Shown: one piece after another, positions 26,867 through 36,908 of the stretch
How the letters are laid out: each line of letters begins with the position of its first letter
Numbering within the stretch: position 1 is the first letter of the stretch
NCBI GenBank assembly: GCA_037447435.1
Contig: JBBIGR010000024.1
Location: 1 to 64,000, forward strand
Length of the DNA stretch: 64,000 nucleotides
Reading direction: 5' to 3'
Source of the DNA: Fibrobacteria bacterium
GTDB lineage: Bacteria > Fibrobacterota > Chitinivibrionia > Chitinivibrionales > FEN-1185
Translations under genes and position numbers: made by a program
The notes under the pieces: model-generated
Databases searched by the model: none
Told to the model about the DNA's origin: nothing
The model's input: only the letters and a program-made list of their open reading frames with translations

Positions 26867-29800
26867 ATGAAAACTAAAAATTTATACGATCCGTTTTTCG
26901 AGCATGACAGTTGCGGTGTCGGTTTTGTTGCAAATGTTAACGGCACACAAACGCATAAAATTGTTACGGATGGTATCACCATACTTATGAATCTCGTCCA
27001 TCGCGGCGCTATCGGCGGCGATCAGAAAACCGGCGACGGTGCCGGGATGCTCACGCAAATTCCGCATGAGTTTTTTAATCGTGAAGGAAAAAAGAACGGG
27101 ATTAAGCTGCCGAATGCCGGGACATACGGAATCGGAATGCTTTTTTTACCGACCAACGTTAAGAAAAGAAAAGACGCCGTTCAAATCGTTCAAACTGTTG
27201 TCAAAAGAGAAGGCGGGGAGGTACTCGGTTTTCGTGACGTCCCTATAAAGCCCGATTGCCTCGGCGAACTCGCAAAAGCAGGCATGCCGTTTTTTTCCCA
27301 GGTGTTCATTGAGTTCAAGGGAATTGTCGGCGATGAGCTCGAACGCCGGTTATTTATCTTACGTAAATGCATAGAACGGGAAGCCGCATCTGCCGGATTT
27401 TGGGATGAGGATTTTTATATTCCATCAATGTCGGCTCGGACAATCAATTATAAGGGAATGTTCGTCGCACCGCAATTCTCCGAATTTTTTCCCGATCTTC
27501 ACGACGACCTGTTCGTGAGCGCCATCGCTCTTGTTCATCAACGATACAGTACGAATACGTTTCCCTCTTGGCATCTTGCACAACCGTTCCGTTATTGTGC
27601 GCATAACGGCGAAATCAATACGCTGAAGGGCAATATCAATAAAATGAATGCCAGGGAAGCGACGCTCGAATCGGAATTGTTCGGAAAAGACATAAAAAAA
27701 CTTTTTCCCGTAATTGCCAAGGGCGGAAGCGATTCGGCAATGTTCGATAATGTTTTGGAGCTTTTGTCGCTCGGCGGACGGTCCATTCAACATTCCATGA
27801 TGATGATGGTCCCCGAAGCATTTGGATCAAAATATCATATCAGTGAAGACAAACGTGCTTTTTTTGAATATCACGCATCGATTATGGAACCATGGGACGG
27901 CCCTGCCGCGCTTGCTTTTACAGACGGTATCCGTGTCGGCGCCGCACTTGATAGAAACGGACTTCGCCCTGCGCGGTACGTGGTGACCCGCAGTGGGATG
28001 ATCGTATTGGCTTCGGAAATAGGCGTACTGGACATACCTACTCAGGATGTGCTTGAAAAAGGGAGGCTTGCTCCGGGAAAAATGCTTTTGGTTGATACTT
28101 CGATTAATCGAATTCATACGGACAATGAAATTAAGGCCTCTGTGTCGCGACGAAAACCGTATCGCCGGTGGTTGGAAAAAAATAAAATTGAACTCAAGGG
28201 TTTGTTTGGGGTTCCCGGACCTGTTCGAATCCAACATGAAACGTTGTTGGCCAATGAGAAAACGTTCGGCTATACCCGCGAAGACTTATCTATGATTATT
28301 GGGCCCATGGCCGAAAATGCCCAAGAACCTGTCGGATCGATGGGCAACGACGAATCCTTGGCGGTATTGTCCGACAAGCCGCAACTTCTATATAATTATT
28401 TCAAGCAATTGTTTGCGCAAGTTACAAACCCGCCGATTGATCCGTACCGGGAAAACCTGGTCATGTCGCTTATGAGTTTTGTCGGCCGTGAAAGTAACTT
28501 GCTTAGTGAAAGCGAAAATCACTGCCATCAGCTCAAACTTTCACATCCTATATTATCCAACGACGATATGGACAAACTTCGGACAATGAATGTCGGCGGT
28601 TTTTGGTCCAGCGTCATACCGATATTGTTCGATCCCCAGGCCGGTGGGCTTGAAAAAGCAATGGGTGAACTAAATACGGCCGTCGAAGTCGCGGTCGACA
28701 AAGGGTGCTCGTTGATAATTTTGAGCGATAGGGGAATCGACGCGAACCATGCGCCCATTCCGTCGCTATTGGCCGTATCGAGCGTCCATCATCATTTGGT
28801 GCGAACCGGGAAGCGGCAATTGACTGGTATCGTTATTGAAACGGGCGAGGCTCGCGAAGTGATGCATTTTGCTTGCTTAATGGGATTCGGTGCAAGCGCA
28901 ATCAATCCGTATATGGCTTTTGAAATTATCGCGGACATGCATGAAAAAGATAACCTTAAAAAGGGCATTTTACTTGAAGAGGCCATAGAAAATTACATAA
29001 CTGCAGCAAAAAAAGGCCTGCTCAAGGTAATGTCTAAAATGGGAGTATCGACGATACGCTCGTATAAGGGTGCCCAGATTTTCGAAGCAGTCGGATTGCA
29101 TGAAGATTTTATTTCAAAATATTTTCCCGGTACTCCTTCACGTATCAACGGCGTCGGCATCGATGTCATTACGAAAGAATCGTTGGCCAGGCATACGGCG
29201 GCTTTCCCAAAACCGGGATTTGAAATCGTCGGACCGCAGGGTCTCGTTTCCGGAGGGCGGTATCAGTTCCGCAGGGATTCCGAAAAGCATTTGCTCAGCC
29301 CTGAAGCCGTAGCACTGCTTCAGCAGGCCGTCAGGTCCGAAAATTACGGCGTTTTTAAAAAGTATTCCGCACATGTCAATGATATCAGCGAGGGAATGTG
29401 CACCTTACGCGGCTTATTCTCCTTCAAACAATCGACGCCCATTCCGATCGACAATGTCGAACCGGTGGAATCCATCGTCAAACGATTCGTGACATCGGCC
29501 ATGTCGTTTGGTAGTATAAGTAAAGAAGCACATGAGACCATGGCCATAGCCATGAACCGTTTGGGTGCGGCAAGCAATTCGGGTGAAGGCGGCGAGGATG
29601 AGGAACGATACGTTACGCTGGCAAACGGTGATTCGAAAAAAAGCGCCATAAAGCAAGTGGCCTCGGCACGATTCGGGGTCAATATCAACTATCTTGTCAA
29701 TTCCCGCGAATTGCAAATTAAAATGGCACAGGGAGCCAAACCGGGTGAAGGCGGTCAGTTGCCCGGCGACAAAGTCGATGCGACAATCGCCAAAGTCAGG

Positions 29801-31402
29801 CACAGTACTCCCGGCGTTATGTTGATTTCTCCGCCGCCGCATCACGATATATACTCGATTGAAGATCTGGCGCAATTGATTTTCGATTTGAAAAACGCCA
29901 ACAGGGAAGCGAGAATTTCGGTCAAGCTCGTGGCGGAAGTCGGCGTCGGTACCGTTGCTGCCGGGGTCGCGAAAGGCCGGGCGGACATGGTCCTGATCAG
30001 CGGGCATGACGGCGGGACCGGCGCATCGCCTCTTTCTTCGATCAAGTATGCGGGAATTCCTTGGGAAATAGGATTGGCGGAAGCGCAACAGGTTCTTGTC
30101 ATGAATAGATTGCGCGATAAAATACGGGTGCAATGCGACGGGCAAATGAAAACAGGGAGAGACGTCGTGATTGCCGCATTGCTCGGTGCAGAGGAATTCG
30201 GGTTCGGAACCGCCGCACTCGTGACTCTCGGCTGCATTATGATGCGCAAATGCCACCTCAATACGTGTCCGGTCGGCGTCGCGACGCAGGATGGACAACT
30301 AAGAAAACGCTTTTCGGGAAAACCCGAATATATCATGAATTTTATGAAATACATTGCGCAGGAAGTCCGGGAATATATGGCAATGCTTGGTTTTGCAACC
30401 ATGGATGAAATGGTCGGTCATGTTGAATTACTCGATGTCAACAAAGCGGTCGAACATTATAAGGCGAGCGGACTTGATTTTTCGAGAATACTATCGGTAC
30501 CGCAACGGTCGAAAGACCAATCCTTGTATTGTGTTTCAAAACAAGAACACGATTTCAGCAAATCGCTTGATTTGGAATTGGTTCAAAAGACTATGGAATC
30601 GATAGAGTCGAAAAAAACAGTTGCGTTTGAAATGCCTATCAGAAATTGCAACCGTACCGTCGGAGCTATTTTATCTTCCGAAATCGCAAAACGCCATGGT
30701 TCTGCCGGGTTGCCCACCGATACGATAAAAGTAAAATTTTCGGGTGCGGCCGGACAGAGTTTCGGTGCGTTCCTTTCACATGGGGTAACCTTTGAATTGG
30801 AAGGCGACGCGAACGATTATGTGGGAAAAGGCTTATCGGGCGGCAAAATCATAATCTGCCCACCTGCGAATTCGCCTTTTAGGCCGCATCGAAACATCAT
30901 TACCGGAAACGTGAATTTGTTCGGAGCCACCAAAGGGGAAATGTACGTCCATGGAATGGCCGGTGAACGGTTTGCGGTACGCAATAGTGGGGCCATAGCC
31001 GTTGTAGAAGGCGTCGGTGACCACGGCTGCGAATATATGACGGGCGGTTGTGTGGTAGTGCTCGGATCGACGGGCGTTAATTTTGCCGCAGGAATGAGCG
31101 GCGGAACAGCGTATGTCCTCGATGAAAAACAGTTTTTCGACACGAAATGTAACCTCGAGATGGTCGATTTGGAACCGGTTATTGACGAAGAAGATAAAAA
31201 AAATCTGCACACGCTCATTTCCAACCATGCACGGTATACGAACAGCGATTATTCACAGAAGATACTATCGGATTGGACCGAAATGCTCCCGCGATTTGTC
31301 AAAGTAATGCCCACCGATTATCGCAAAGCACTTGAACGAATAAAGAAAGAAGCGTCACGCGAGACGGACGTCGTCTCGATGACCGAGGAGGTTTATAGAT
31401 AA
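26867..31402 (+). CDS. gltB: Glutamate synthase large subunit
   Basis: CGVGF, HQRYSTNT, QVTNPPID, AQGAKPGEGGQLPG, CIMMRKCHLNTCPVG. Confidence 0.99.
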   Translation: MKTKNLYDPFFEHDSCGVGFVANVNGTQTHKIVTDGITILMNLVHRGAIGGDQKTGDGAGMLTQIPHEFFNREGKKNGIKLPNAGTYGIGMLFLPTNVKKRKDAVQIVQTVVKREGGEVLGFRDVPIKPDCLGELAKAGMPFFSQVFIEFKGIVGDELERRLFILRKCIEREAASAGFWDEDFYIPSMSARTINYKGMFVAPQFSEFFPDLHDDLFVSAIALVHQRYSTNTFPSWHLAQPFRYCAHNGEINTLKGNINKMNAREATLESELFGKDIKKLFPVIAKGGSDSAMFDNVLELLSLGGRSIQHSMMMMVPEAFGSKYHISEDKRAFFEYHASIMEPWDGPAALAFTDGIRVGAALDRNGLRPARYVVTRSGMIVLASEIGVLDIPTQDVLEKGRLAPGKMLLVDTSINRIHTDNEIKASVSRRKPYRRWLEKNKIELKGLFGVPGPVRIQHETLLANEKTFGYTREDLSMIIGPMAENAQEPVGSMGNDESLAVLSDKPQLLYNYFKQLFAQVTNPPIDPYRENLVMSLMSFVGRESNLLSESENHCHQLKLSHPILSNDDMDKLRTMNVGGFWSSVIPILFDPQAGGLEKAMGELNTAVEVAVDKGCSLIILSDRGIDANHAPIPSLLAVSSVHHHLVRTGKRQLTGIVIETGEAREVMHFACLMGFGASAINPYMAFEIIADMHEKDNLKKGILLEEAIENYITAAKKGLLKVMSKMGVSTIRSYKGAQIFEAVGLHEDFISKYFPGTPSRINGVGIDVITKESLARHTAAFPKPGFEIVGPQGLVSGGRYQFRRDSEKHLLSPEAVALLQQAVRSENYGVFKKYSAHVNDISEGMCTLRGLFSFKQSTPIPIDNVEPVESIVKRFVTSAMSFGSISKEAHETMAIAMNRLGAASNSGEGGEDEERYVTLANGDSKKSAIKQVASARFGVNINYLVNSRELQIKMAQGAKPGEGGQLPGDKVDATIAKVRHSTPGVMLISPPPHHDIYSIEDLAQLIFDLKNANREARISVKLVAEVGVGTVAAGVAKGRADMVLISGHDGGTGASPLSSIKYAGIPWEIGLAEAQQVLVMNRLRDKIRVQCDGQMKTGRDVVIAALLGAEEFGFGTAALVTLGCIMMRKCHLNTCPVGVATQDGQLRKRFSGKPEYIMNFMKYIAQEVREYMAMLGFATMDEMVGHVELLDVNKAVEHYKASGLDFSRILSVPQRSKDQSLYCVSKQEHDFSKSLDLELVQKTMESIESKKTVAFEMPIRNCNRTVGAILSSEIAKRHGSAGLPTDTIKVKFSGAAGQSFGAFLSHGVTFELEGDANDYVGKGLSGGKIIICPPANSPFRPHRNIITGNVNLFGATKGEMYVHGMAGERFAVRNSGAIAVVEGVGDHGCEYMTGGCVVVLGSTGVNFAAGMSGGTAYVLDEKQFFDTKCNLEMVDLEPVIDEEDKKNLHTLISNHARYTNSDYSQKILSDWTEMLPRFVKVMPTDYRKALERIKKEASRETDVVSMTEEVYR

Positions 31403-32826
31403 TGGGAAAAGCGACAGGATTTTTAGAAATACCGCGCGTCACCTATACCAATAGGCCTGTCGACCAGCGGAAAAAAGACTATAAAGAAATCGTTCAACCG
31501 CTTTCGCTTGACGAAATATCGAAACAGGGAAGCAGGTGTATGGATTGCGGTATCCCTTTCTGCCATTCGATGGGATGCCCGGTTTTCAACCTCATTCCGG
31601 AATGGAACGATTTGGTATACAAAGGCAAGTGGCGTGAAGCGTATGAACGGTTGGAAATGACGAACAATCTTCCGGAAATCACAGGGCGAATTTGTCCCGC
31701 TCCCTGCGAAACGGCCTGCACTCTTTCCATAAACAGCAGTCCGATAACTATAAAGCAAATCGAACTTGCTATTATAGAAAACGCGTGGGAAAAAGGATGG
31801 GTAACTCCGCTTCCTCCGAAAAATGAGACTGGTAAACGCGTCGCGATTATCGGCTCCGGCCCTTCAGGAATTGCTGCTGCACAACAATTGAGAAGAATGG
31901 GTCATACAGTGACCCTTTTTGAAAAAGATGAGAGGATCGGCGGGATTTTGCGATTCGGAATCCCTGATTTTAAACTTGACAAAAAGATAATAGACCGGCG
32001 TTTGGCTCAAATGAGCGCCGAAGGGGTGATGTTTGAAACTGGAGTAAGAATCGGCGACGATTTGTCGGCACGGTATCTCAAACGGACATTTGATGCGGTT
32101 CTGGTGACCATGGGGGCTGGTGAACCGAGGGATATTCCGGTTCCAGGCCGCGATTTGGAAGGCATACATTTTGCAATGGACTATTTAACCCAATCCAATA
32201 AGTTTGTCGCGGGAATTCTTGGAGATGTAAAGCAGATTACCGCAAAAAATAAAAATGTTGTGGTTATCGGCGGAGGCGATACTGGCTCCGATTGCGTTGG
32301 CACGGCCAATCGTCAGGGGGCTAAAAAGGTTTATCAATTTGAAATTATGCCGAAACCGAGAGAATGGAATGAAGCCTATAATCCTCAGTGGCCATATTGG
32401 CCGCAGATATTGCGAACATCGTCGTCGCATGAGGAAGGTTGCGAACGCGATTGGAGCATATTGACCAAGCAATTCAGCGGAAACAACGGTGTTGTGGAAA
32501 AAATGCATTGCACGCACGTCGAATGGAAACAAGCAGATGCCGGCAAACCGCCGAGTATGGTGGAAATTCCCCAAAGTGAATTTTCAATTGAAGCGGATTT
32601 GGTATTGCTTGCAATGGGTTTTCTCCATGTGCCGCATAATAAGTTACTCGAGGATTTCAATGTGACCTTTGATCCTCGCGGCAATATTCAAACCAAAAAT
32701 TACCAGACTACGGTGCCTGGTGTATTTGCCGCAGGCGATGCGGATATCGGCGCTTCACTCGTCGTGCGTGCCATATTTCATGGCCGAGAAGCCGCACAGT
32801 ATATCAATGAATATTTAAGGAAATAA
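31402..32826 (+). CDS. gltD: Glutamate synthase small subunit
   Basis: RCMDCGIPFC, GRICPAPCETAC, GSGPSG, GGGDTGSDC. Confidence 0.99.
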   Translation: MGKATGFLEIPRVTYTNRPVDQRKKDYKEIVQPLSLDEISKQGSRCMDCGIPFCHSMGCPVFNLIPEWNDLVYKGKWREAYERLEMTNNLPEITGRICPAPCETACTLSINSSPITIKQIELAIIENAWEKGWVTPLPPKNETGKRVAIIGSGPSGIAAAQQLRRMGHTVTLFEKDERIGGILRFGIPDFKLDKKIIDRRLAQMSAEGVMFETGVRIGDDLSARYLKRTFDAVLVTMGAGEPRDIPVPGRDLEGIHFAMDYLTQSNKFVAGILGDVKQITAKNKNVVVIGGGDTGSDCVGTANRQGAKKVYQFEIMPKPREWNEAYNPQWPYWPQILRTSSSHEEGCERDWSILTKQFSGNNGVVEKMHCTHVEWKQADAGKPPSMVEIPQSEFSIEADLVLLAMGFLHVPHNKLLEDFNVTFDPRGNIQTKNYQTTVPGVFAAGDADIGASLVVRAIFHGREAAQYINEYLRK

Positions 32827-32848
32827 AAGCGAATGAAATGTAAGGGAT

Positions 32849-32875
32849 CAGGCCTGTTTTTGTAAAACAGGCCTG
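32849..32875. terminator. Inverted repeat between convergent gltD and metF
   Basis: CAGGCCTGTTTT-TGT-AAAACAGGCCTG. Confidence 0.75.
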
Positions 32876-32880
32876 GATTT

Positions 32881-33768
32881 TTATTGCAGTTGGGTTGAGT
32901 TCGTCACACCGAGCGCATCGTAAATTCGTAATGTGGCATTGGACTTGTTGAGCGTATAAAAGTGTATGCCTTTTGTCTTATTGTCAATGAGGTCCCGCAC
33001 TTGCTCCGATGCCCAATGAATCCCTACGTTTTCCACATGCTTATCATCTTTGGCGCGGGACAATGCTTTAAGCAGGGGGGCCGGGAAATTGGTTCCTGGC
33101 GATAAATCGGCCATTCGTTGCATTCCCTTGATGGACGTAATCGGCATAATTCCTGCGAGAATCGGCACGTTTATCCCCGCCAATTGGCAGCGTTCGCAAA
33201 AATCGTAAAACGAATGGTTGTCGAAAAACAATTGCGAACAAATATAATCGGCACCCGCATCAACTTTGATTTTTAGGTATTCTATTTCTTTTAACCTGTT
33301 CGGTGCATCGGGCCGGCCTTCAGGGTAACCGGCGACGCCGATACCCATAGAGGGGAAATGCTTTTTTATAAAAGCAACGAGATCGGACGCATGATCAAAG
33401 CCATTTGTCGCCGGGATATACGATGATTGTCCCTTCGGCGGATCTCCGCGCAATGCCATGATGTTTTCTATGCCGCTTTCCGCATAGATATTCAGAATGT
33501 TTTTAATTTCATCCTGAGAAGAACCTATGCAAGTAAGGTGCGATACAACGGTTATGTTGGTTTCCTTTTGTATACGAACGACCAAGTCATGCGTAAGGGC
33601 ACGCGTGGTGCCGCCTGCGCCATACGTAACGCTTACGTATGATGGCGAAAGCGGTATTATGTCGGCTATTGATTTGAATAACACCTCCGAAGCTTCCGCA
33701 TTTTTGGGAGGGAAAAATTCAAAACTAAAACACATCGTGTCGCGATTTAAAATTTCTTTTATATGCAT
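32881..33768 (-). CDS. metF: 5,10-methylenetetrahydrofolate reductase
   Basis: SFEFFPPK, SVTYGAGG, HLTC, ALRGDPP, HFYTLN. Confidence 0.97.
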   Translation of the reverse strand: MHIKEILNRDTMCFSFEFFPPKNAEASEVLFKSIADIIPLSPSYVSVTYGAGGTTRALTHDLVVRIQKETNITVVSHLTCIGSSQDEIKNILNIYAESGIENIMALRGDPPKGQSSYIPATNGFDHASDLVAFIKKHFPSMGIGVAGYPEGRPDAPNRLKEIEYLKIKVDAGADYICSQLFFDNHSFYDFCERCQLAGINVPILAGIMPITSIKGMQRMADLSPGTNFPAPLLKALSRAKDDKHVENVGIHWASEQVRDLIDNKTKGIHFYTLNKSNATLRIYDALGVTNSTQLQ

Positions 33769-33830
33769 AAGATAAAAATAACGTTTGGCATAGCAAGAGT
33801 GAATGGCAAAACGCCTTTTACCGGCAATTG

Positions 33831-35576
33831 CTAATTCGTTAAAATTATTCGTTGGGAAATTCCGGACTCCATATTTTGAATCACAAAAAATCCTCCCGAA
33901 AGGCAGCTCGCCAGATTTATTGATTTTCCGCTCGCAGTGAATAGCCGTATTTTCAAATTTGCCATTGTAAAAGCCAATTCGGTCCGTGAGAGCATCCTTG
34001 GAAATTCTTTCAATCGATTATTTTTATTCACTTGACTTTCAGGAAGCAATACTGCGGTTGGTTTAAACTCATATGCTCCAATGTCCCAAGCGTTTTGTTC
34101 CGGCCTTATTGTCTGATCTTTATCATTGGAAAATCCCGATATTGTTGTTCCCGAATTAATCGTCGGACTGGCGGACAAATAATGGAGGTCCATGGTTTGA
34201 CAAGCCAGAGGATATCCGCTGGTCTGAATGAATTGCAGATTTGCAGTTGCATCGACTTTTATGGAATGCGAATCGTAGCCCATGTTTTTCCATCCGGCAA
34301 ATGTTTTTGCGGTATATGGACTTATAAGAACAAAAGACTGCGCATCGTTGGCGACGGAATAGATGTTGAAATCACAAATCAAATTGTTCAAATCGACAGA
34401 TCCTGCATAGGCAATGTTTTCGCTGGCTGTCACAAAAACATTATTACGAATATCGTTATTACCGTTGGATTCCAGCCGAATCGCGCCGGTACGAGGGGCA
34501 TAAACAGTGTTATTATAAATTTTGGTGCCTGCGGAGGTCCATCCTGCATAAATGGCATAATATTCGTGCGGGTTGATAAAAACATTGTTTCGTATTATGC
34601 AACTATCGGCATAGGACAAAAATACCATCGCCGTCCCGCCGAATTCCGTAAAGCTGCGGTTATTGTAAAACAAATTTCGTTCGACGATGTTTTTGACCGG
34701 ATGTTGCCCGTCTCCCATTCTGATGAAAATATAGTCGGTGTGAGGCGGATCGCCGGCCGCGCCCCAAAAACCAGCATCGTATTGCCATAAATCGTGTATG
34801 GTATTGTCTGCGACCGTGTTGTTGTAACAAAGTTGATACCCGCCGCCCAAATCAACGCCCCATGTTATGTAATCATGAATATTGTTTTTAGAAACCGTGC
34901 AATTTTGTGCGCCATTGAGGGAGACTGCCGATAATCCGATTTTTGTAATTTCGCATCCTGTAATAAGACAATTTACCGGCTTGGTCATGCTTACGCCGCA
35001 TCCGGCCGGCACAATTGAGCCGTCGTTATTCCAATACCCATTGTCGTGAATGAAGCAATCGGATATGATTATATTGGTCGCGTTGTCAATTCGCAAACCC
35101 GCACCGCTGATCCATGAAGCGGCAGAATTGTATTTCATGTTTTTAATTTCGAAATTTTGAATGGTCACATACGAGAGTGTGGGTGCAATGTTTATAAAAC
35201 CCTGATATCGTATGTTTTCGCCGTCGATTATAGCTTTTCCGGTTCCAAAATTTCCGGACGAATTTCCATCAAATACTATTGGCGAATTCGGCTTTCCCGA
35301 ATACCGAAGACTTATTGCACCTTTATAGACAACACCGCCTTTAAAAAAAATCGTATCGCCCGAATTAAGAACGGCCGATAAAGAAAGCTGAGTGCAGGCA
35401 CTGTCTCCCGGGCAATTTTTCCACGCAGTTTGCTGGGAAGTGCCGGTGTTCGTATTGGATCCTGAATTATAATCAACGAAATACGTTGCCGCATGTGCAA
35501 AAGAAAAAAGAAACGGAACAATCAAGAATAAAAGTAAACTTACATTAAACGAAAAGCGAATTAGAAATTTATCCAC
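33831..35576 (-). CDS. Secreted right-handed parallel beta-helix protein (pectin lyase-like fold); start re-assigned to GTG 35576
   Basis: RBS GGAG; signal ending AHA; TYFVD..GSN.N.G; Asn-ladder repeats (IIRNNVF, IYNNT); DIGAYEF; sorting-like tail. Confidence 0.75.
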   Translation of the reverse strand: MDKFLIRFSFNVSLLLFLIVPFLFSFAHAATYFVDYNSGSNTNTGTSQQTAWKNCPGDSACTQLSLSAVLNSGDTIFFKGGVVYKGAISLRYSGKPNSPIVFDGNSSGNFGTGKAIIDGENIRYQGFINIAPTLSYVTIQNFEIKNMKYNSAASWISGAGLRIDNATNIIISDCFIHDNGYWNNDGSIVPAGCGVSMTKPVNCLITGCEITKIGLSAVSLNGAQNCTVSKNNIHDYITWGVDLGGGYQLCYNNTVADNTIHDLWQYDAGFWGAAGDPPHTDYIFIRMGDGQHPVKNIVERNLFYNNRSFTEFGGTAMVFLSYADSCIIRNNVFINPHEYYAIYAGWTSAGTKIYNNTVYAPRTGAIRLESNGNNDIRNNVFVTASENIAYAGSVDLNNLICDFNIYSVANDAQSFVLISPYTAKTFAGWKNMGYDSHSIKVDATANLQFIQTSGYPLACQTMDLHYLSASPTINSGTTISGFSNDKDQTIRPEQNAWDIGAYEFKPTAVLLPESQVNKNNRLKEFPRMLSRTELAFTMANLKIRLFTASGKSINLASCLSGGFFVIQNMESGISQRIILTN

Positions 35577-35655
35577 GGTTCTCCCATTTTGGAAAAAATG
35601 CAACAAATTAGATTTCGTATATAATTGCTCCAATATTTTGCGAAAAATTGCACAA

Positions 35656-36828
35656 TTAAATATTCCAGGTTTTTTTTGCAATTTCCAGCATTTCGGTAAC
35701 CCGATTATCATACGTATGGTTAGCGAGAACTTTTTCCCGGCCGTTGGCAGCTATTTTATTTCTTTCCTGGTCGTGAACGAGGTAAAAATCTATGAGCTTT
35801 TTGCAATGGGAAAGCGAATCGAACTCCACAAGTTCTTGCTCGGCTCCCGATGTGTTGAAATATTTTGAATTTAACATTCGTTTATCGGTAAGAAGAAATG
35901 CTCCGCTTGCTTTACAATCGAATATACGTTGTGTAAATGATGTCTGGATCTGAATCCGGTTGATGTTGATATTGATTTTGGTGGCTCTATAATATTCGCA
36001 TAAATTTTTATAGTACATTGCATCGGTGGATACTAACGATTTGTCAATGAAGTTGCTCCAATAAATATCGCCGAAGCACTTAAACCGGTCTTTATACGAT
36101 TGGGCTAAATCGACTATAAAATCCTTTCTATACATATACCCGATCATCCACACCATTGCAAAAACAAATACCTCTTGATCTACCGTAATCGAGTTTTCCC
36201 ATTCACGGCGATGCGCAAGGAGATAGCGGCGAATATCGGTTTGTGTATTCGCGTAATACATTTTTTTTAGATGATAAAGCAGGGCCTTAAATCCTTCCAA
36301 TTCTTTTTGCATCGCCTCGGTTATGATAGAATCCATAAATTGCATGCTGGAATTTCCGACAAATGACATTTCATATTTAAAAGGGACTGGTCCGGCGTTG
36401 GTGTTGAAATATTCGGGGTCTGTTGCCAAAGGAAGAAAATGGGAATTGAATCCGTTTTGCGCAAGCAGAGGAACGAAAGTTTCCTCCGATACGAAATCTA
36501 TCCGACTCGTTTTATCCGAAATTTTTCTTTTGTAAAAGATGGCTTCATATAAAGGATCGTCGTAATACCAATTGAGCAAAAATGAACCCGAGGATGCCAA
36601 TAAAGAACCTAAAACACCCGCCTGATCGAAACCTGCATCATTCAGCGAAACCACAATTGCGGGTAAAAAAGGTTTCAATTGTTCGAAAATTGCTTCTGCG
36701 GTATTTACAGGAGGTAAAACAGGAATGTCGACGCACAAGAGGCGTATATCGCTGCAACGTTTCAAAGCTGCAGTAAGTTCTTTGTTCAAAAAAGTTTTCG
36801 AACTGAAAAAAATGACCTGTAACTGCAT
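35656..36828 (-). CDS. CgeB-like glycosyltransferase (Glyco_trans_1_2)
   Basis: LPLATDP, SFVG, KININ, QRIFD..ASGAFLLTD, HTYDNR. Confidence 0.85.
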   Translation of the reverse strand: MQLQVIFFSSKTFLNKELTAALKRCSDIRLLCVDIPVLPPVNTAEAIFEQLKPFLPAIVVSLNDAGFDQAGVLGSLLASSGSFLLNWYYDDPLYEAIFYKRKISDKTSRIDFVSEETFVPLLAQNGFNSHFLPLATDPEYFNTNAGPVPFKYEMSFVGNSSMQFMDSIITEAMQKELEGFKALLYHLKKMYYANTQTDIRRYLLAHRREWENSITVDQEVFVFAMVWMIGYMYRKDFIVDLAQSYKDRFKCFGDIYWSNFIDKSLVSTDAMYYKNLCEYYRATKINININRIQIQTSFTQRIFDCKASGAFLLTDKRMLNSKYFNTSGAEQELVEFDSLSHCKKLIDFYLVHDQERNKIAANGREKVLANHTYDNRVTEMLEIAKKTWNI

Positions 36829-36908
36829 AATAAATAAATTATATCTTCGCACCGCTACAAACAGCACTGAAGCGATTTAAATTATTCGCATGTAGGTTAT
36901 GTTATTTT

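Noticed and set aside
29414..30402. Long antisense ORFs (294 and 186 aa)
   Set aside because: Shadow frames of gltB with no recognisable motifs.
34032..34790. 252-aa plus-strand ORF
   Set aside because: Antisense to the beta-helix gene; no RBS or motif.
35577..35711. Track start of the 626-aa ORF
   Set aside because: It overlaps the glycosyltransferase; the RBS and signal peptide fit GTG 35576.
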